From positions 4,960,001 through 5,024,000 of the forward strand of contig CAKKNE010000001.1 in the NCBI GenBank assembly GCA_918797485.1: DNA of 64,000 nucleotides, written 5' to 3'. This stretch comes from Pelagomonas calceolata (taxonomy: Eukaryota). The first letter of the stretch is position 1; each line of letters opens with the position of its first letter. Positions 1 through 9,899 of this stretch are shown piece after piece. Under the pieces are notes generated by a model, which saw only the letters and a program-made list of their open reading frames with translations, had not been told where the DNA came from and did no database searches. The translations under genes and the position numbers were made by a program.

Positions 1-486
1 CGCGGAGAACTTGCGGCCGCAGACGGCGCAGGGCAGCAGGCCGCCCGGCGCCGCGGCGGTGGTGGAGAACGCTGTCGTTTCAGCGGGCGGTTCCCACCGC
101 TTCGTGCGCGACGCGGGCCGCGGCGCCTTCGGCTTGAACTGCGTCCGGAAGGCGGCGGCGGCGGCCTGGCGCGGCGAGTCGTGTTGCGTGGGGCCGGACC
201 ACGACGCGCGCTCGCGCGGCGGCCGGGCCCGCGAGATGGGCAGCGACAGCGCGCGCGCGGCGTTCGCCGTGTCCCCGTTCCACGACCGCCGGTGGAGCGC
301 CGCCTTCCGCGGGGCGCGGCACTTCTCGAGGTGCTCCTCGAGCTCGCCTTGTAAGACCGGCTTGTCGCAGCGCGGGCAGGGCACCTCGACGGACGCCCAC
401 TTGCGCTGGCACTGGGGCAGGTGGATTTTGAGGGAGTGAGGAAAGTACCTTTTCCCGCAGATGGGGCAGCCCACGTCGTTGGGCAT
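1..486 (-). CDS. C2HC-type zinc-finger protein (runs off the window edge; absent from the ORF track)
   Basis: ATG at 486 reads MPNDVGCPICGKRYFPHSLKIHLPQCQRKW...CPRCDK...HLEKC...LLPCAVCGRKFSA; repeated zf-C2HC-like motifs. Confidence 0.75.
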   Translation of the reverse strand, partial: MPNDVGCPICGKRYFPHSLKIHLPQCQRKWASVEVPCPRCDKPVLQGELEEHLEKCRAPRKAALHRRSWNGDTANAARALSLPISRARPPRERASWSGPTQHDSPRQAAAAAFRTQFKPKAPRPASRTKRWEPPAETTAFSTTAAAPGGLLPCAVCGRKFSA

Positions 487-566
487 CGTTTGCGGCCTCC
501 CCGGCGTGACCCGGGCGTCAGGGGCCGGTCTCGGAGGCAAAGCAGGGCGCTGCTCGTTTGTGTTTG

Positions 567-586
567 CTAGCGTGTTACACACTTAG
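567..586. promoter_or_regulatory. CTAG-TGTSTTAC-Nx-CGCTAG motif, degenerate copy
   Basis: CTAGCGTGTTACACACTTAG between divergent genes. Confidence 0.5.
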
Positions 587-719
587 TCACAGCGCCTTTT
601 GCTCTCGGGACCTGTGAGCCGTCTCCCTGGCACCAGACGCAGCCCAAACTGCGCGCGAGGCTCGCCCCAACCCCAGGCTCCGGCACGCGCTCGCTGCCCC
701 GCGCAGTCCACTCCCAATA

Positions 720-1400
720 ATGGGCCATCCTCCCCTGGAGCCGCCGCCCACCAAAGCCAGCGTCGCGCGCGCGGACGCCAAGAAGGCGCCCTGGCTCCTC
801 CCGCAGAACCAGGTCGAGGCCACGCACACGCCGCGCACAGATAAAGTCGAGAACGGCTACGGGCTCCCGACGACGTTATACAGCATCACGCACCTCGGCC
901 ACGCCGACTTTAGCACCGCGGCCACGAAGGGCCGCGTGCAAGAAAAAGCCTGCTTCGTCAACAAGCGCTTCCACAACCCGTCGCGCAAGAACCTGCACAT
1001 GCAGGTCGCGTACCCGGAAACGATCGCGAAATTGCAGCCCCTGCAGGGCGACCTCTCGCGCGCCGTCACGCCGCCGCAGCTCAAGGAGATGGACCCGACG
1101 AAGCGCAAGACGCGCGGCGAGGAGCGCCAGATTCCCTACGAGGAGACGAACCCCGCCGACACGCGGATGCGGTATGGTTTGACGCTGAAAACGAAGGACG
1201 ACCGAGAAAGGAACAAGCGCGAGATGAACCGCTGCCAGATCGATTTTAGTTCCGAGCCGCACTTCTCGCCGCGGGGCCGGCCGACGTCGGCGCCCTGGGG
1301 CACGGATGGCAACCTCGACGCGGCGCGCGACCCGCCGGCGCAGCGGCCCGCGCCGTTCTACGACGGCGACGACACGAGCATGCGGCTTCGTGCGACTTAG
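720..1400 (+). CDS. hypothetical protein
   Basis: 226-aa ORF with GC3-rich codons, divergent from the zinc-finger gene. Confidence 0.65.
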   Translation: MGHPPLEPPPTKASVARADAKKAPWLLPQNQVEATHTPRTDKVENGYGLPTTLYSITHLGHADFSTAATKGRVQEKACFVNKRFHNPSRKNLHMQVAYPETIAKLQPLQGDLSRAVTPPQLKEMDPTKRKTRGEERQIPYEETNPADTRMRYGLTLKTKDDRERNKREMNRCQIDFSSEPHFSPRGRPTSAPWGTDGNLDAARDPPAQRPAPFYDGDDTSMRLRAT

Positions 1401-1483
1401 CGCGCGTGCATTGTATTAACCTCGAAGATTAGTATACTTGTAGAAGGTTTAGAAGGGTCACGCGAAGGAACGTTCGGTGCAGA

Positions 1484-4400
1484 TTAATTGGTATTGTCGT
1501 CGTGCACGCGCCCGTCCCATCGCGGCCACTCGCCGATCGAGTTCCTGAACCATCCGCAGCGCGGGCACGCATTATTGATGCGACCAGGACCGCGCTGCTC
1601 GCCGTGGTGCGTCCGAAGATTATTGCATGCCATGTGGTCGATGGGTCCGAAACCGCAACCACCGCACTGGCGCGCGTTGGGAAAGTCGCGCCGGAGCGCC
1701 TCCACCAGCGCCTGACGATCGCGCTCAGCCTGGCGTCGAGCACGCGCGGCCTCCTCCTCTTCTGCGAACTGGTTTTCCTCCGCCTGGAGGCGTTCCGCAA
1801 AAATTCGATCCTCCGTCTCCCTCACAGCACGCGTAATTCGCTCCTGCGCCTCCGCAAAGATGCGGTCTTCGACGGTCCTGTCCTGTGCCGCGCGGTACGC
1901 CTCAAATACTGCCGGCGCGAGGCACCTTGCAAGCGTCCGGTCGGAATAGTCCGAGCCGCAGCCACCAGGTCCACCGTAACTTGCACACCGAATGCGCCCG
2001 CCGCGTTGGCGATGGGCGGCGAGCCGGTCGTTATCCTCGCTTACTACCTCGAGTTCGCGAGCGACGTGCCCCGATAGGCAGTCGGCGCAGATAGAATGGT
2101 CGCCGCCGCACGAGCCGCCACCCGCTGCATCAAAGTCGTCAAAACATACCACACACTGCTGCTGCTGCGAGGCTCTCGCGGCTGCCGCCACTACGCCGGT
2201 CATCCTTAGCGCCTCGAACTGGCGGCGCACGTCGGCGAGCATCGCCTCCTCGGCCGTCGGCGCGCAGTGTTCGCGGGCGAGCCCCACGAGCCTTTGAAGC
2301 ACGGAACTCATGTCGCAGCGTCGCCTGACCTTATCTAGACAGCTAGTACCCAACGACGAGAGCTCCTCTTTGGCTGCGGCCGGCCACTCACCCGCTCGCT
2401 CGTCGAAGGCCTCCGCCAGGTTGAACTCGTCTTCATCTTCGTCGACGTAATTGGCCAGATCGTCAGGCCTATTTTGGATCTTGCCCATGATGACCTCGAG
2501 GAGCAGAACGCCAAACGAGTAGACCTCCGACTTTTCTCCGTATTGGCCGCTATTCACGTACTTGGGACACATGTATCCAGTCGTGCCGAGTGCGCCGCCA
2601 GTTGCGGTGAGCATCGTCTTCATGCGACGTGGATCATCCTTCGGGATGAACAGCGCGAGGCCGCAGTCGATGAGTTTTGGCTCGAGCGCAGCCGTCAGTA
2701 CGACGTTGGCAGCCTTGACGTCGCGGTGAAAGCACCTATCTCCACCGCCTCCACGGTGCATAAAATGGAGCGCCTTGGCGACGCCAGAGAGCAGGCGGAC
2801 GCGAACACGCCAGGTCAGCTCCTCCGCGCGTGCGTCGTCGCTCAGCGCGACGTCGAGCGCTCCAACAGCGGCGAGCTCGTACACGAGGTACCGCTCGCTG
2901 CTCCTATCGGGCGCGCAAAAGCCCACGAGACGCACGATGTGTGGATGTCGGAATCGCGACAACGCCCGAACTTCGCGATGTGCCGCGCGCTGTGCCCCGG
3001 CCAGCGCCGCCGGGTCCGCGCTCGGCTCCCGCAGCGCCGGGCTTAGGCGCTTGACCGCGAATCGTTCGGACGTCGCCGAGTCGACGAATGCGAAGACCTC
3101 GCCGAAGGCTCCCTCGCCGAGCTTGCGCGAGTCGGCAAAGTTGAGCGTGCAGCTGCGAAGGCGAGCGACGTCGAACTCCTCGAGGTCGGACGAGGCAGCG
3201 GCCCGCAGCGACTGCGGTCGCGGCGGCAGGGCCGGCAATCGCGGCGGCAGGGCCGGCGGTTCTCGTTGCGGAAGGTCATTCTTTTCCTCCGGCGCCCCGG
3301 CCGGCGCTTGGTCGGCCGCGTCGTCGGCGCAGCCCTCGGGCACAGGACTTAGGCGGGGGTCGAGCAGCTTGACGATGGCCGAGTGGCCTTTGCTTTTTGC
3401 GATGGACAGCGGCGTCGATCCGCCCTTCGTCGCCCGATCGGCCTTCGCGCCTCTATCTAACAATAGTCGCGCCGCGTCGACGTGGCCCTCCTGGCAGGCG
3501 ATGTACAGCGGCGTCCGACCGTTCTCCTTCCTCCGGTCGACCTCCGCGCCTTTGTCCATCAGCAGCCGCGCCACGTCGATGTGGCCGTTCTGGCAGGCGA
3601 TGTACAGCGGCGTCGCGCCGTCCTCCGTCGCCCGGTCGACCTCCGCACCTTTGTCCAGCAGCAGCCGCGCCGCGTCGACGTGGCCGTTAAAGCAGGCGGC
3701 GTACAGCGGCGTCGCGCCGTCCTCCGTCGCCCGGTCGACCGCCGCGCCTTTCTCCAGCAGCAGCCGCGCCGCGTCGACGTGGCCATTCACGCAGGCGGCA
3801 AACAGCGGCGTCGCTCCATTGTTCATCGCCCTGTTGACCGCCGCGCCTTTGTCTAGCAACAGACGCGCCGCATCGACGAGGCCGTTGTGGCAGGCGATGA
3901 GCAGCGGCGTCGCGCCGTTAAAACTCAACCCTGATGCTGCCCGGTCGACCTCAGCGCCGCTGTCCAGCAGCAGCCGCGCCGCGTCGACGTGGCCGTTCTC
4001 GCAGGCGATGTGCAGCGCCGTTCTACCTTGAGCGTTCGTCGGCGAATTGGCGTCGGCTCCGCGGTCTAGCCACGCTTGCACGATGTCGCTTCTCCCTTCC
4101 TTGCACGCATCGAATAGAGACATGGAGGCCATATCGGCGGACGCGACGCAGCGGCGGACTCGGAGGAGCGCGACGACGGCCGAGTGGTCGTTTTTCTTCG
4201 CGATGGACAGTGGCGTGTTTCCATTCCTCGTCGCCCGATTGCCCTTGGCACCCTTGTCCAGCAGCAGCCGCGCCACGTCGACGTGGCCGTTCCCGCAGGC
4301 AACGTACAGCGGCGTCTGGCCTTCGTACAGTCCCTCTGATACTGGCCCATCGACCTCTGCGCCGTTGCCCAGCAACAGCCGCGCCAAGTCGACTTGGCCC

Positions 4401-4654
4401 TTCGCGCAGGCGGCGAACAACGGCGTCCGACCGTCCACGTCCGCCTGGTCGACCTCCGCGCCTTGCTCCAGCAACAACCGCGCCGCTTCGCGGTGGTCGT
4501 TCTGGCAGGCGATGAACAGCGGCGTTTCACCCCACGTATTTGCCCAGTCGACCTCCGCGCCTTTGTTCAGCCACGCCTGCACGACGTCGGTTCTCCCTTC
4601 CTTGCACGCATCAAATAGAGACGCGCCGCGGGCTCTAGCTTCACCGGGCGCCAT
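1484..4654 (-). CDS. ankyrin-repeat + IRAK/Pelle/RLK-like kinase + RING/IBR-like zinc-finger protein
   Basis: About 12 ankyrin repeats (G.TPL..AC.NGH.D.ARLLL); kinase motifs GEGAFGEV, AVKRL, HRDVKAAN, DCGLA, GTTGY; C-terminal CVVC..HSIC..C and CGGC..DH.AC..CPRC. Start MAPGEAR is assumed. Confidence 0.85.
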   Translation of the reverse strand: MAPGEARARGASLFDACKEGRTDVVQAWLNKGAEVDWANTWGETPLFIACQNDHREAARLLLEQGAEVDQADVDGRTPLFAACAKGQVDLARLLLGNGAEVDGPVSEGLYEGQTPLYVACGNGHVDVARLLLDKGAKGNRATRNGNTPLSIAKKNDHSAVVALLRVRRCVASADMASMSLFDACKEGRSDIVQAWLDRGADANSPTNAQGRTALHIACENGHVDAARLLLDSGAEVDRAASGLSFNGATPLLIACHNGLVDAARLLLDKGAAVNRAMNNGATPLFAACVNGHVDAARLLLEKGAAVDRATEDGATPLYAACFNGHVDAARLLLDKGAEVDRATEDGATPLYIACQNGHIDVARLLMDKGAEVDRRKENGRTPLYIACQEGHVDAARLLLDRGAKADRATKGGSTPLSIAKSKGHSAIVKLLDPRLSPVPEGCADDAADQAPAGAPEEKNDLPQREPPALPPRLPALPPRPQSLRAAASSDLEEFDVARLRSCTLNFADSRKLGEGAFGEVFAFVDSATSERFAVKRLSPALREPSADPAALAGAQRAAHREVRALSRFRHPHIVRLVGFCAPDRSSERYLVYELAAVGALDVALSDDARAEELTWRVRVRLLSGVAKALHFMHRGGGGDRCFHRDVKAANVVLTAALEPKLIDCGLALFIPKDDPRRMKTMLTATGGALGTTGYMCPKYVNSGQYGEKSEVYSFGVLLLEVIMGKIQNRPDDLANYVDEDEDEFNLAEAFDERAGEWPAAAKEELSSLGTSCLDKVRRRCDMSSVLQRLVGLAREHCAPTAEEAMLADVRRQFEALRMTGVVAAAARASQQQQCVVCFDDFDAAGGGSCGGDHSICADCLSGHVARELEVVSEDNDRLAAHRQRGGRIRCASYGGPGGCGSDYSDRTLARCLAPAVFEAYRAAQDRTVEDRIFAEAQERITRAVRETEDRIFAERLQAEENQFAEEEEAARARRQAERDRQALVEALRRDFPNARQCGGCGFGPIDHMACNNLRTHHGEQRGPGRINNACPRCGWFRNSIGEWPRWDGRVHDDNTN
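3470..4010. repeat. near-identical 99-bp tandem ankyrin-coding repeats
   Basis: GTCGACGTGGCC-like unit recurs with a 99-nt period (~3477, 3576, 3675, 3774, 3873). Confidence 0.8.
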
Positions 4655-4940
4655 GCCCAGAATCGAAGAGATGGGGCCGACGACGGCCGATCTGCTGCCG
4701 ATCGAAAAGCAGCTGCCGATCTCACGCTGCCGACGAGGGCTGCGGCGACGGCACCCAACGGGACAGCGACGCAACAATCGCCCACCCGGCGGCGGAGTCC
4801 CGGTGCCCTCGCACGAGGGCAGCCGCACGCCTGGATCACGAGGTGTGAGTTCCCCTGCCGAGCGGTAATCGTGCGAGCGGCGGAGCAATCCGAACACTGG
4901 TAGAGCGGCAAAGACTACTACGGAAATACTTACTCTACGG

Positions 4941-5603
4941 CTAGAACGTGACCTGAGCGTCAGCGTCGCCAAGGTGGCCGCGCGGTGGCGGCGGAAGGTC
5001 AGATGGCGGCCCGGGCGGCGGCGGCATCGCCTCGGGGTCCGGCGGTGGCGGGTTATTGGTCCGTGGCTGGGCGATCCGGGCACGGCCGACGGGGCGCCGC
5101 CGCCGCGACGACGCCGCCACCGCCCGCTTGTACCGCGGCTTGAGCCCGAGCTCGCGGCGCACCGTCTCGATGCGAAAGAGCAGGTGCGCCAGCTTCTGGC
5201 CGTCTCCTTTGATTTCAGGGCGGTTCATCACGCGCCAGAGCGTGTCAGACCGCATGCAGCGCCGGCACAGCGCGAAGCGGCCCCGTTCGAAGCCCAAGAC
5301 GTTCGGCGGGTCGTTGATGACGACTTCCCCGAACTCGGAGCACTCGATACAAATGCTCAGCGCGTAGACTTTGGACCAGGGCAGCTGGCCGCGCGTCCGC
5401 GTGCCGGGCTGGCGCAGATTGTGCGAGGCGCACAGCTGCCGCCAGACCTGGGCGCCCGGCGACGCCGCCGTCGAATTGCGGTCGGACACGCGGGCGTGGA
5501 GGCGCTTATCTGTGCGTGCGATGTGTGCGAGGCTCTTGCCATCACACAGCTCGAACAACTTGAGGCAGCAGTCGTCGTTGAGCACGAGGTGCCAGGGGGC
5601 CAT
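4941..5603 (-). CDS. F-box-like protein with CxxC pairs
   Basis: LNDDCCLKLFELCDGKSLAHIARTDKRL...VWRQLC; CIEC and CRRC. Confidence 0.6.
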   Translation of the reverse strand: MAPWHLVLNDDCCLKLFELCDGKSLAHIARTDKRLHARVSDRNSTAASPGAQVWRQLCASHNLRQPGTRTRGQLPWSKVYALSICIECSEFGEVVINDPPNVLGFERGRFALCRRCMRSDTLWRVMNRPEIKGDGQKLAHLLFRIETVRRELGLKPRYKRAVAASSRRRRPVGRARIAQPRTNNPPPPDPEAMPPPPGPPSDLPPPPRGHLGDADAQVTF

Positions 5604-5692
5604 TGTTGGCGCGTCGTTGTTATCGTTTTGGCGGGTCCCAGGGTGCAATCGACGATAAATAGCGCAGCTCCAGCCGGTGGTGCTTGCGCTTG

Positions 5693-5714
5693 CTAGTGTG
5701 TTACAGCACGCTAG
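5693..5714. promoter_or_regulatory. CTAG-TGTSTTAC-Nx-CGCTAG motif
   Basis: CTAGTGTGTTACAGCACGCTAG between the F-box-like and ABCF genes. Confidence 0.65.
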
Positions 5715-5850
5715 CTCCAGCTTGCAAGTTGCCGTGTTGAGGCACCGCAGGCAATTTGCTTAAGGAATAGTGCAAAGCTTCTACGGCGCGTGCCAACAAC
5801 GTTGCAACGCCTGGCACTGCCTCCAGCCCACGATAGTGCAGCCAGGCAAC

Positions 5851-8160
5851 ATGCCCAAAAAGCCGAGCAGTGATGCGGCAAAAGCAGCAGGCAAAAAAGC
5901 AAGCAAAAACTCGAAAAAGGACGACGACGCAGCCGCGAAGCCCTCGAAGGCGTCGAAAAAAGCCGCTCGTGCTGCCGCCGAGGCCGAGCGGGCTCGCGCG
6001 GTAGAGTCGATGCTGGCGCCAGCGTCGGACGACGAGGCCGCGACGGACTCCGAGGGCGAGTGGACGACCGACAAGGCGGGCAACACCATCTCCAAAGCGG
6101 AGGCGCGCAAGAAGGAGGAAGAAGATGCTATGCGTGCCGCGGCAAAGAAGCGCCGCGCGGCCAAGGCGTCGGCGGCGCCGGCGGCGCCGGTCGACGAGGG
6201 CCGGCCCCAGTGGCTCGTGGACTACGACCGCGTCAAGGCGAAAGCTGAGGCCGGAGGCAAGCTTTCTGGCAAAGAGAAGAAGTTACTCAAGCGCGGCCAA
6301 GCCAGAGAAGCCGAAGAAGCGGAGCTGGGCCTCACGTCCGGCGGCGACGACACGCGCACGGTGGACGCGCGCTTGGAGGGCTTCTCGCTGAGCGTGCCTG
6401 GCGGCGCGACGCGCGCGGCCGACGACGCGAGCAAGGACGTCGTCGTGAAAGGCCTGAGCATCTCCGCCCCGGAGAAGCCTCTATTAGTGAACGCGGACCT
6501 CGCGCTCGTTGCTGGGAGGCGCTACGGCCTCGTCGGTGCGAACGGCCGCGGCAAGTCGACGTTGTTACGTTTCATCGCCGCGCGACGGTTGCCCGTGCCC
6601 CAGAGCGTCGACGTCTTACTCGTGGACCAAGAAGCTTCCTTTCAGGGCGCGTCTGTCTTGGAGGATGTGTTGGAGGCCGACACGACGCGCTCGTCGTTAC
6701 TCGCGGAGGAGGCGGCGCTGTGGAACGACATTGACAACGGCACCACCGCGGCGGCGGAGCGCCTCGCGGCGGTCTGCGACGAACTGGAAGCCATTGACGC
6801 GGACGCGGCCGAGGGGCGGGCGCAGGCGGTGCTCGCCGGGCTGGGGTTCACCGAGACCATGGTCGCCGGGCCCGCCTCGCGACTCTCGGGCGGCTGGCGC
6901 GTGCGCGCGGCGCTCGCGCGGGCGCTCTTCGCGCCGCCGTCGCTCCTCCTCCTCGACGAGCCGACGAACCACCTCGACCTGGACGCCGTGCTCTGGCTCG
7001 AGCGGTACATCACGGACCAGCTCCCGGCGTCGTCGACGCTGCTGACCGTGTCGCATGATCGAGGGTTTTTGGACGAGACGTCCACCGATCTCATCAACCT
7101 GAGCGACGACGGGGGTTTGGAGGCGCACCGCGGCGGCCTGGCCAAGCTCGACGCCGGCGCGAAGGCTAGGCTGGCCAAGCGGACCAAGGACTACGCGCTC
7201 CAACAGAAGGCGCTGAAGGAAGAAAGGGCGAAGCACCCCTCGCTGCGGGCCGAAAAATTGGAACAGAGAGTGCTGGACCGTCTCGGCGCGCCGCGGCTCG
7301 TCGAGAAGCCACGGGAATATGCCGTCCACTTCGACCTGAGGGCCCCGGACGACGCTCGGGCGGCCGCGGGCTGCGGTATTGATTTGCGGGGCGTGGCCTT
7401 CTCCTTCGGCGCGACGTCCACCGGCTTCAGCGGCTTCAGAGACCTCGATTTGAGCGTCGACGCCTCGACGCGGGCGGCGATCGTCGGAGCAAACGGCTCC
7501 GGCAAGAGTACGCTGCTGAAACTCATTGTGGGCGAACTCGAGCCGCAAACTGGAGAAGTGACGCGGGGGCGAAGACTCGTTCTAGGCTACTACGACCAGC
7601 ACTTCTCGGAGCTGCGGCAGTGCGCCCCGAAGGCGTCGGCCGTCGAGTTTCTTGTCGCGACGCACTCGTGCAAGACCGAAGAGGCCCGCAAGTACCTGGG
7701 CAAATTTGGTCTGGACAGCGCCAGACACGTCATGCCGGTGAGAGATCTATCAGGAGGTCAGAAGGCGCGCGTAGTCTTCGCGTCGCTGGCGCTGAAGCGG
7801 CCGCATCTGCTGGTGCTCGACGAGCCGACGAACCACTTGGACATTGAAAGTTGCGACGCGCTCGTCGAGGGGCTGAGCAGCTACGAGGGCGGGGTTTTAG
7901 CGGTAACGCACGACGCTGCCCTCGTCGAGGCGTTGTCGCGCGACGAGAACGGCGTCGAGCTCCCATTATTCGTGTGTCGCGACTCGAAAGTGTGCGTGGA
8001 GCGGGGCGGCTTCGCGAAGTATAGAAGGGACGTCGCCAAGGCGGCCGAACTTCGCGAGGCGAAGGCGCGAAAGCTCGCCGACGCCCGGGCGGCGAAGCGC
8101 GTCCAGGACCGCCGCGCGAAACTCGCGAAGGCGGCGAACAAACCTCCGAAGCCGCCCTAG
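5851..8160 (+). CDS. ABC-F family ATPase (GCN20-like)
   Basis: Two NBDs (GANGRGKST/LSGGW/LLLDEPTNHLD and GANGSGKST/LSGGQ/LDEPTNHLD) and no transmembrane domain. Confidence 0.93.
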   Translation: MPKKPSSDAAKAAGKKASKNSKKDDDAAAKPSKASKKAARAAAEAERARAVESMLAPASDDEAATDSEGEWTTDKAGNTISKAEARKKEEEDAMRAAAKKRRAAKASAAPAAPVDEGRPQWLVDYDRVKAKAEAGGKLSGKEKKLLKRGQAREAEEAELGLTSGGDDTRTVDARLEGFSLSVPGGATRAADDASKDVVVKGLSISAPEKPLLVNADLALVAGRRYGLVGANGRGKSTLLRFIAARRLPVPQSVDVLLVDQEASFQGASVLEDVLEADTTRSSLLAEEAALWNDIDNGTTAAAERLAAVCDELEAIDADAAEGRAQAVLAGLGFTETMVAGPASRLSGGWRVRAALARALFAPPSLLLLDEPTNHLDLDAVLWLERYITDQLPASSTLLTVSHDRGFLDETSTDLINLSDDGGLEAHRGGLAKLDAGAKARLAKRTKDYALQQKALKEERAKHPSLRAEKLEQRVLDRLGAPRLVEKPREYAVHFDLRAPDDARAAAGCGIDLRGVAFSFGATSTGFSGFRDLDLSVDASTRAAIVGANGSGKSTLLKLIVGELEPQTGEVTRGRRLVLGYYDQHFSELRQCAPKASAVEFLVATHSCKTEEARKYLGKFGLDSARHVMPVRDLSGGQKARVVFASLALKRPHLLVLDEPTNHLDIESCDALVEGLSSYEGGVLAVTHDAALVEALSRDENGVELPLFVCRDSKVCVERGGFAKYRRDVAKAAELREAKARKLADARAAKRVQDRRAKLAKAANKPPKPP

Positions 8161-8179
8161 GTTTCATAAGTGATGTGTT

Positions 8180-9646
8180 TTACTCCCACTGCTCGCCGTC
8201 CCGCGGATCAGGACTCGTCGGCCCCTCGCGCTTGAACTTCACGTACGCGTCCCAGCGCTTCCGGTCGGCTTTGAGCTTCGCGCGGATCTGTTTCGCGGCG
8301 GGATTTTGGTTCCTTTCTCCTAACACCCTTTTGGAGTCCGTCGCGGCGGTCGGCACGGCGGCACAGCGGGGCGCCATCCTTCTCGCCTTCGCGAGGGACG
8401 CCTCCTGCACTTTTTTCCGGTCCGCAGCGGAAAGCCGAGATGTCGGCGGCGGACCCTTCCCGAAGTTGGGCACGGGCTTCGCTCGAAAGGTCCGCGGCTT
8501 CACCTCGGCCTCGCGGCGGCGCTGCTGCGCCGCCTCGCGTTTCCGGTCGGCAGCCTCCGCTTCCCGCTTCATGAGCCCCTCGAAGGGGCCCGGCGCCGCG
8601 AGGGCGCGCCGCTTCGCCCTGAGTCGTCTCAGCTCGTCCTCGGCCTCCTCGGCTCGTACTTTGTTCTGCTCCGACCGCCGCGCGCGCCGGCGGTCGGCCG
8701 CGCGCCGCGCCGCGTCCTGGTACAACGCGGCCGCGCCGCGCCCCAGCGCGTGCACGGTCGCGTTCGCGCGGCGCGCGCGCTCCTTCGTGCGTTTAATGGC
8801 GCCGGGCGAGGGCATTTGCTCGTCGTCCGTCTCGTAGGACGGCGCAATCGAACATTGGCCGTCCGGCGAGTCGATGGGCGGCCCGGCCAGGTCCTCGGCC
8901 GCGGCGACGTCCAGCGACGCGGGGCCCGGCTCGAAGCGGTCCCAGGACGACGCGCAGGACTCGTCGAGGGCCCGCGGCCGCGCCATCCAGGCCGGCAGGC
9001 CCACGGCGCCCCGGCCCTCGCTCCGGGCCTTCGCCGTCCAGGCTGTGCTGGCGGATGTGCCCCACTCGCGCCGCACGGACCCGGGCGAGAACGCCGCGGG
9101 CGGTGGACTTGAGGGAGAGAAGGCTTCACAAGGAGGCGGCGCCTCGTCCTCCAACCTGTTCGCCACGGTGAGCTCGAGCTCCGCGATGCGCCTCCTCAAG
9201 TCGTCCGTAGCTTCCAAGGACTGCCGCGCGGCGTCCGTTGAATATCTCAAAGCCGCGGCGACGCCGCGGCCGAGGTTGTCCACGTCATTTGACGTCACGG
9301 CGGCCTTGGCGTCGTAGTAGGCGTCGGGGTCGTAGCGTCTCCTGGGAGGGCTCGCCCAGCACTCCTCGTCGACGTCGCCGGCGCGGTCCTCGTGGTAGGC
9401 CGGCGGCGGCGCTGTTGGTAATGGACCGTCCTCGTCATGCACGACTGGTGGCGGGGGCGGCGGCGGCGGCGGCGCGATGGCGACGGCGGCGGGCTTCCAG
9501 ACCTCGGGGTCGACGGGCTGGTTTGCGAGCAGCGCCGCGGCCAAGGTCAGGTTGTTCTTGACCGTGGCCTCGATCTCGGCCTCGTTCAGCGTCCGAAAGG
9601 TCTTGCCCGGCGTGGGCTTGAGGTAGCGCAGCGGCGGGCGCTCCAT
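8180..9646 (-). CDS. hypothetical coiled-coil protein with FAM161/TPX2-like FRAKPVP motif
   Basis: Long ORF containing RTFRAKPVPNF. Confidence 0.6.
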   Translation of the reverse strand: MERPPLRYLKPTPGKTFRTLNEAEIEATVKNNLTLAAALLANQPVDPEVWKPAAVAIAPPPPPPPPPVVHDEDGPLPTAPPPAYHEDRAGDVDEECWASPPRRRYDPDAYYDAKAAVTSNDVDNLGRGVAAALRYSTDAARQSLEATDDLRRRIAELELTVANRLEDEAPPPCEAFSPSSPPPAAFSPGSVRREWGTSASTAWTAKARSEGRGAVGLPAWMARPRALDESCASSWDRFEPGPASLDVAAAEDLAGPPIDSPDGQCSIAPSYETDDEQMPSPGAIKRTKERARRANATVHALGRGAAALYQDAARRAADRRRARRSEQNKVRAEEAEDELRRLRAKRRALAAPGPFEGLMKREAEAADRKREAAQQRRREAEVKPRTFRAKPVPNFGKGPPPTSRLSAADRKKVQEASLAKARRMAPRCAAVPTAATDSKRVLGERNQNPAAKQIRAKLKADRKRWDAYVKFKREGPTSPDPRDGEQWE

Positions 9647-9899
9647 GCTGCTTGGCACTCTTTTATGTTACCCAACGTGCGGCTCGTTCGGAGCGCCGGG
9701 GCAGCCTCTGGATGCCTGGCGGCGTCGATGCGGGGCGCAGTGGTGACCGATGGCCTCGAGTCCAAGCCACAGCTCCGCGCAAACGATTGTTTTGCTGCTG
9801 GCAGCAAACTGGCGCGTCGAACCCGCACTCGGTCCGGACGCAGACAGATGGACAGAGACACCAGACGCCGTCGCCGCGACGTGTACACACAAAACACAC

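Noticed and set aside
3470..4010. Regularly spaced repeats as a possible CRISPR array
   Set aside because: They are 99-bp coding ankyrin repeats with no unique spacers or cas genes, in eukaryotic context
2775..4868. Long plus-strand ORFs (418 and 273 aa) and many similar antisense or shadow ORFs across the window
   Set aside because: Antisense shadows of real genes caused by high GC and scarce stop codons; no family motifs
4655..5083. N-terminal extension of the 1199-aa ORF
   Set aside because: Non-ATG start, overlaps the F-box gene and is low-complexity Arg-rich; the likely start is MAPGEAR at 4654
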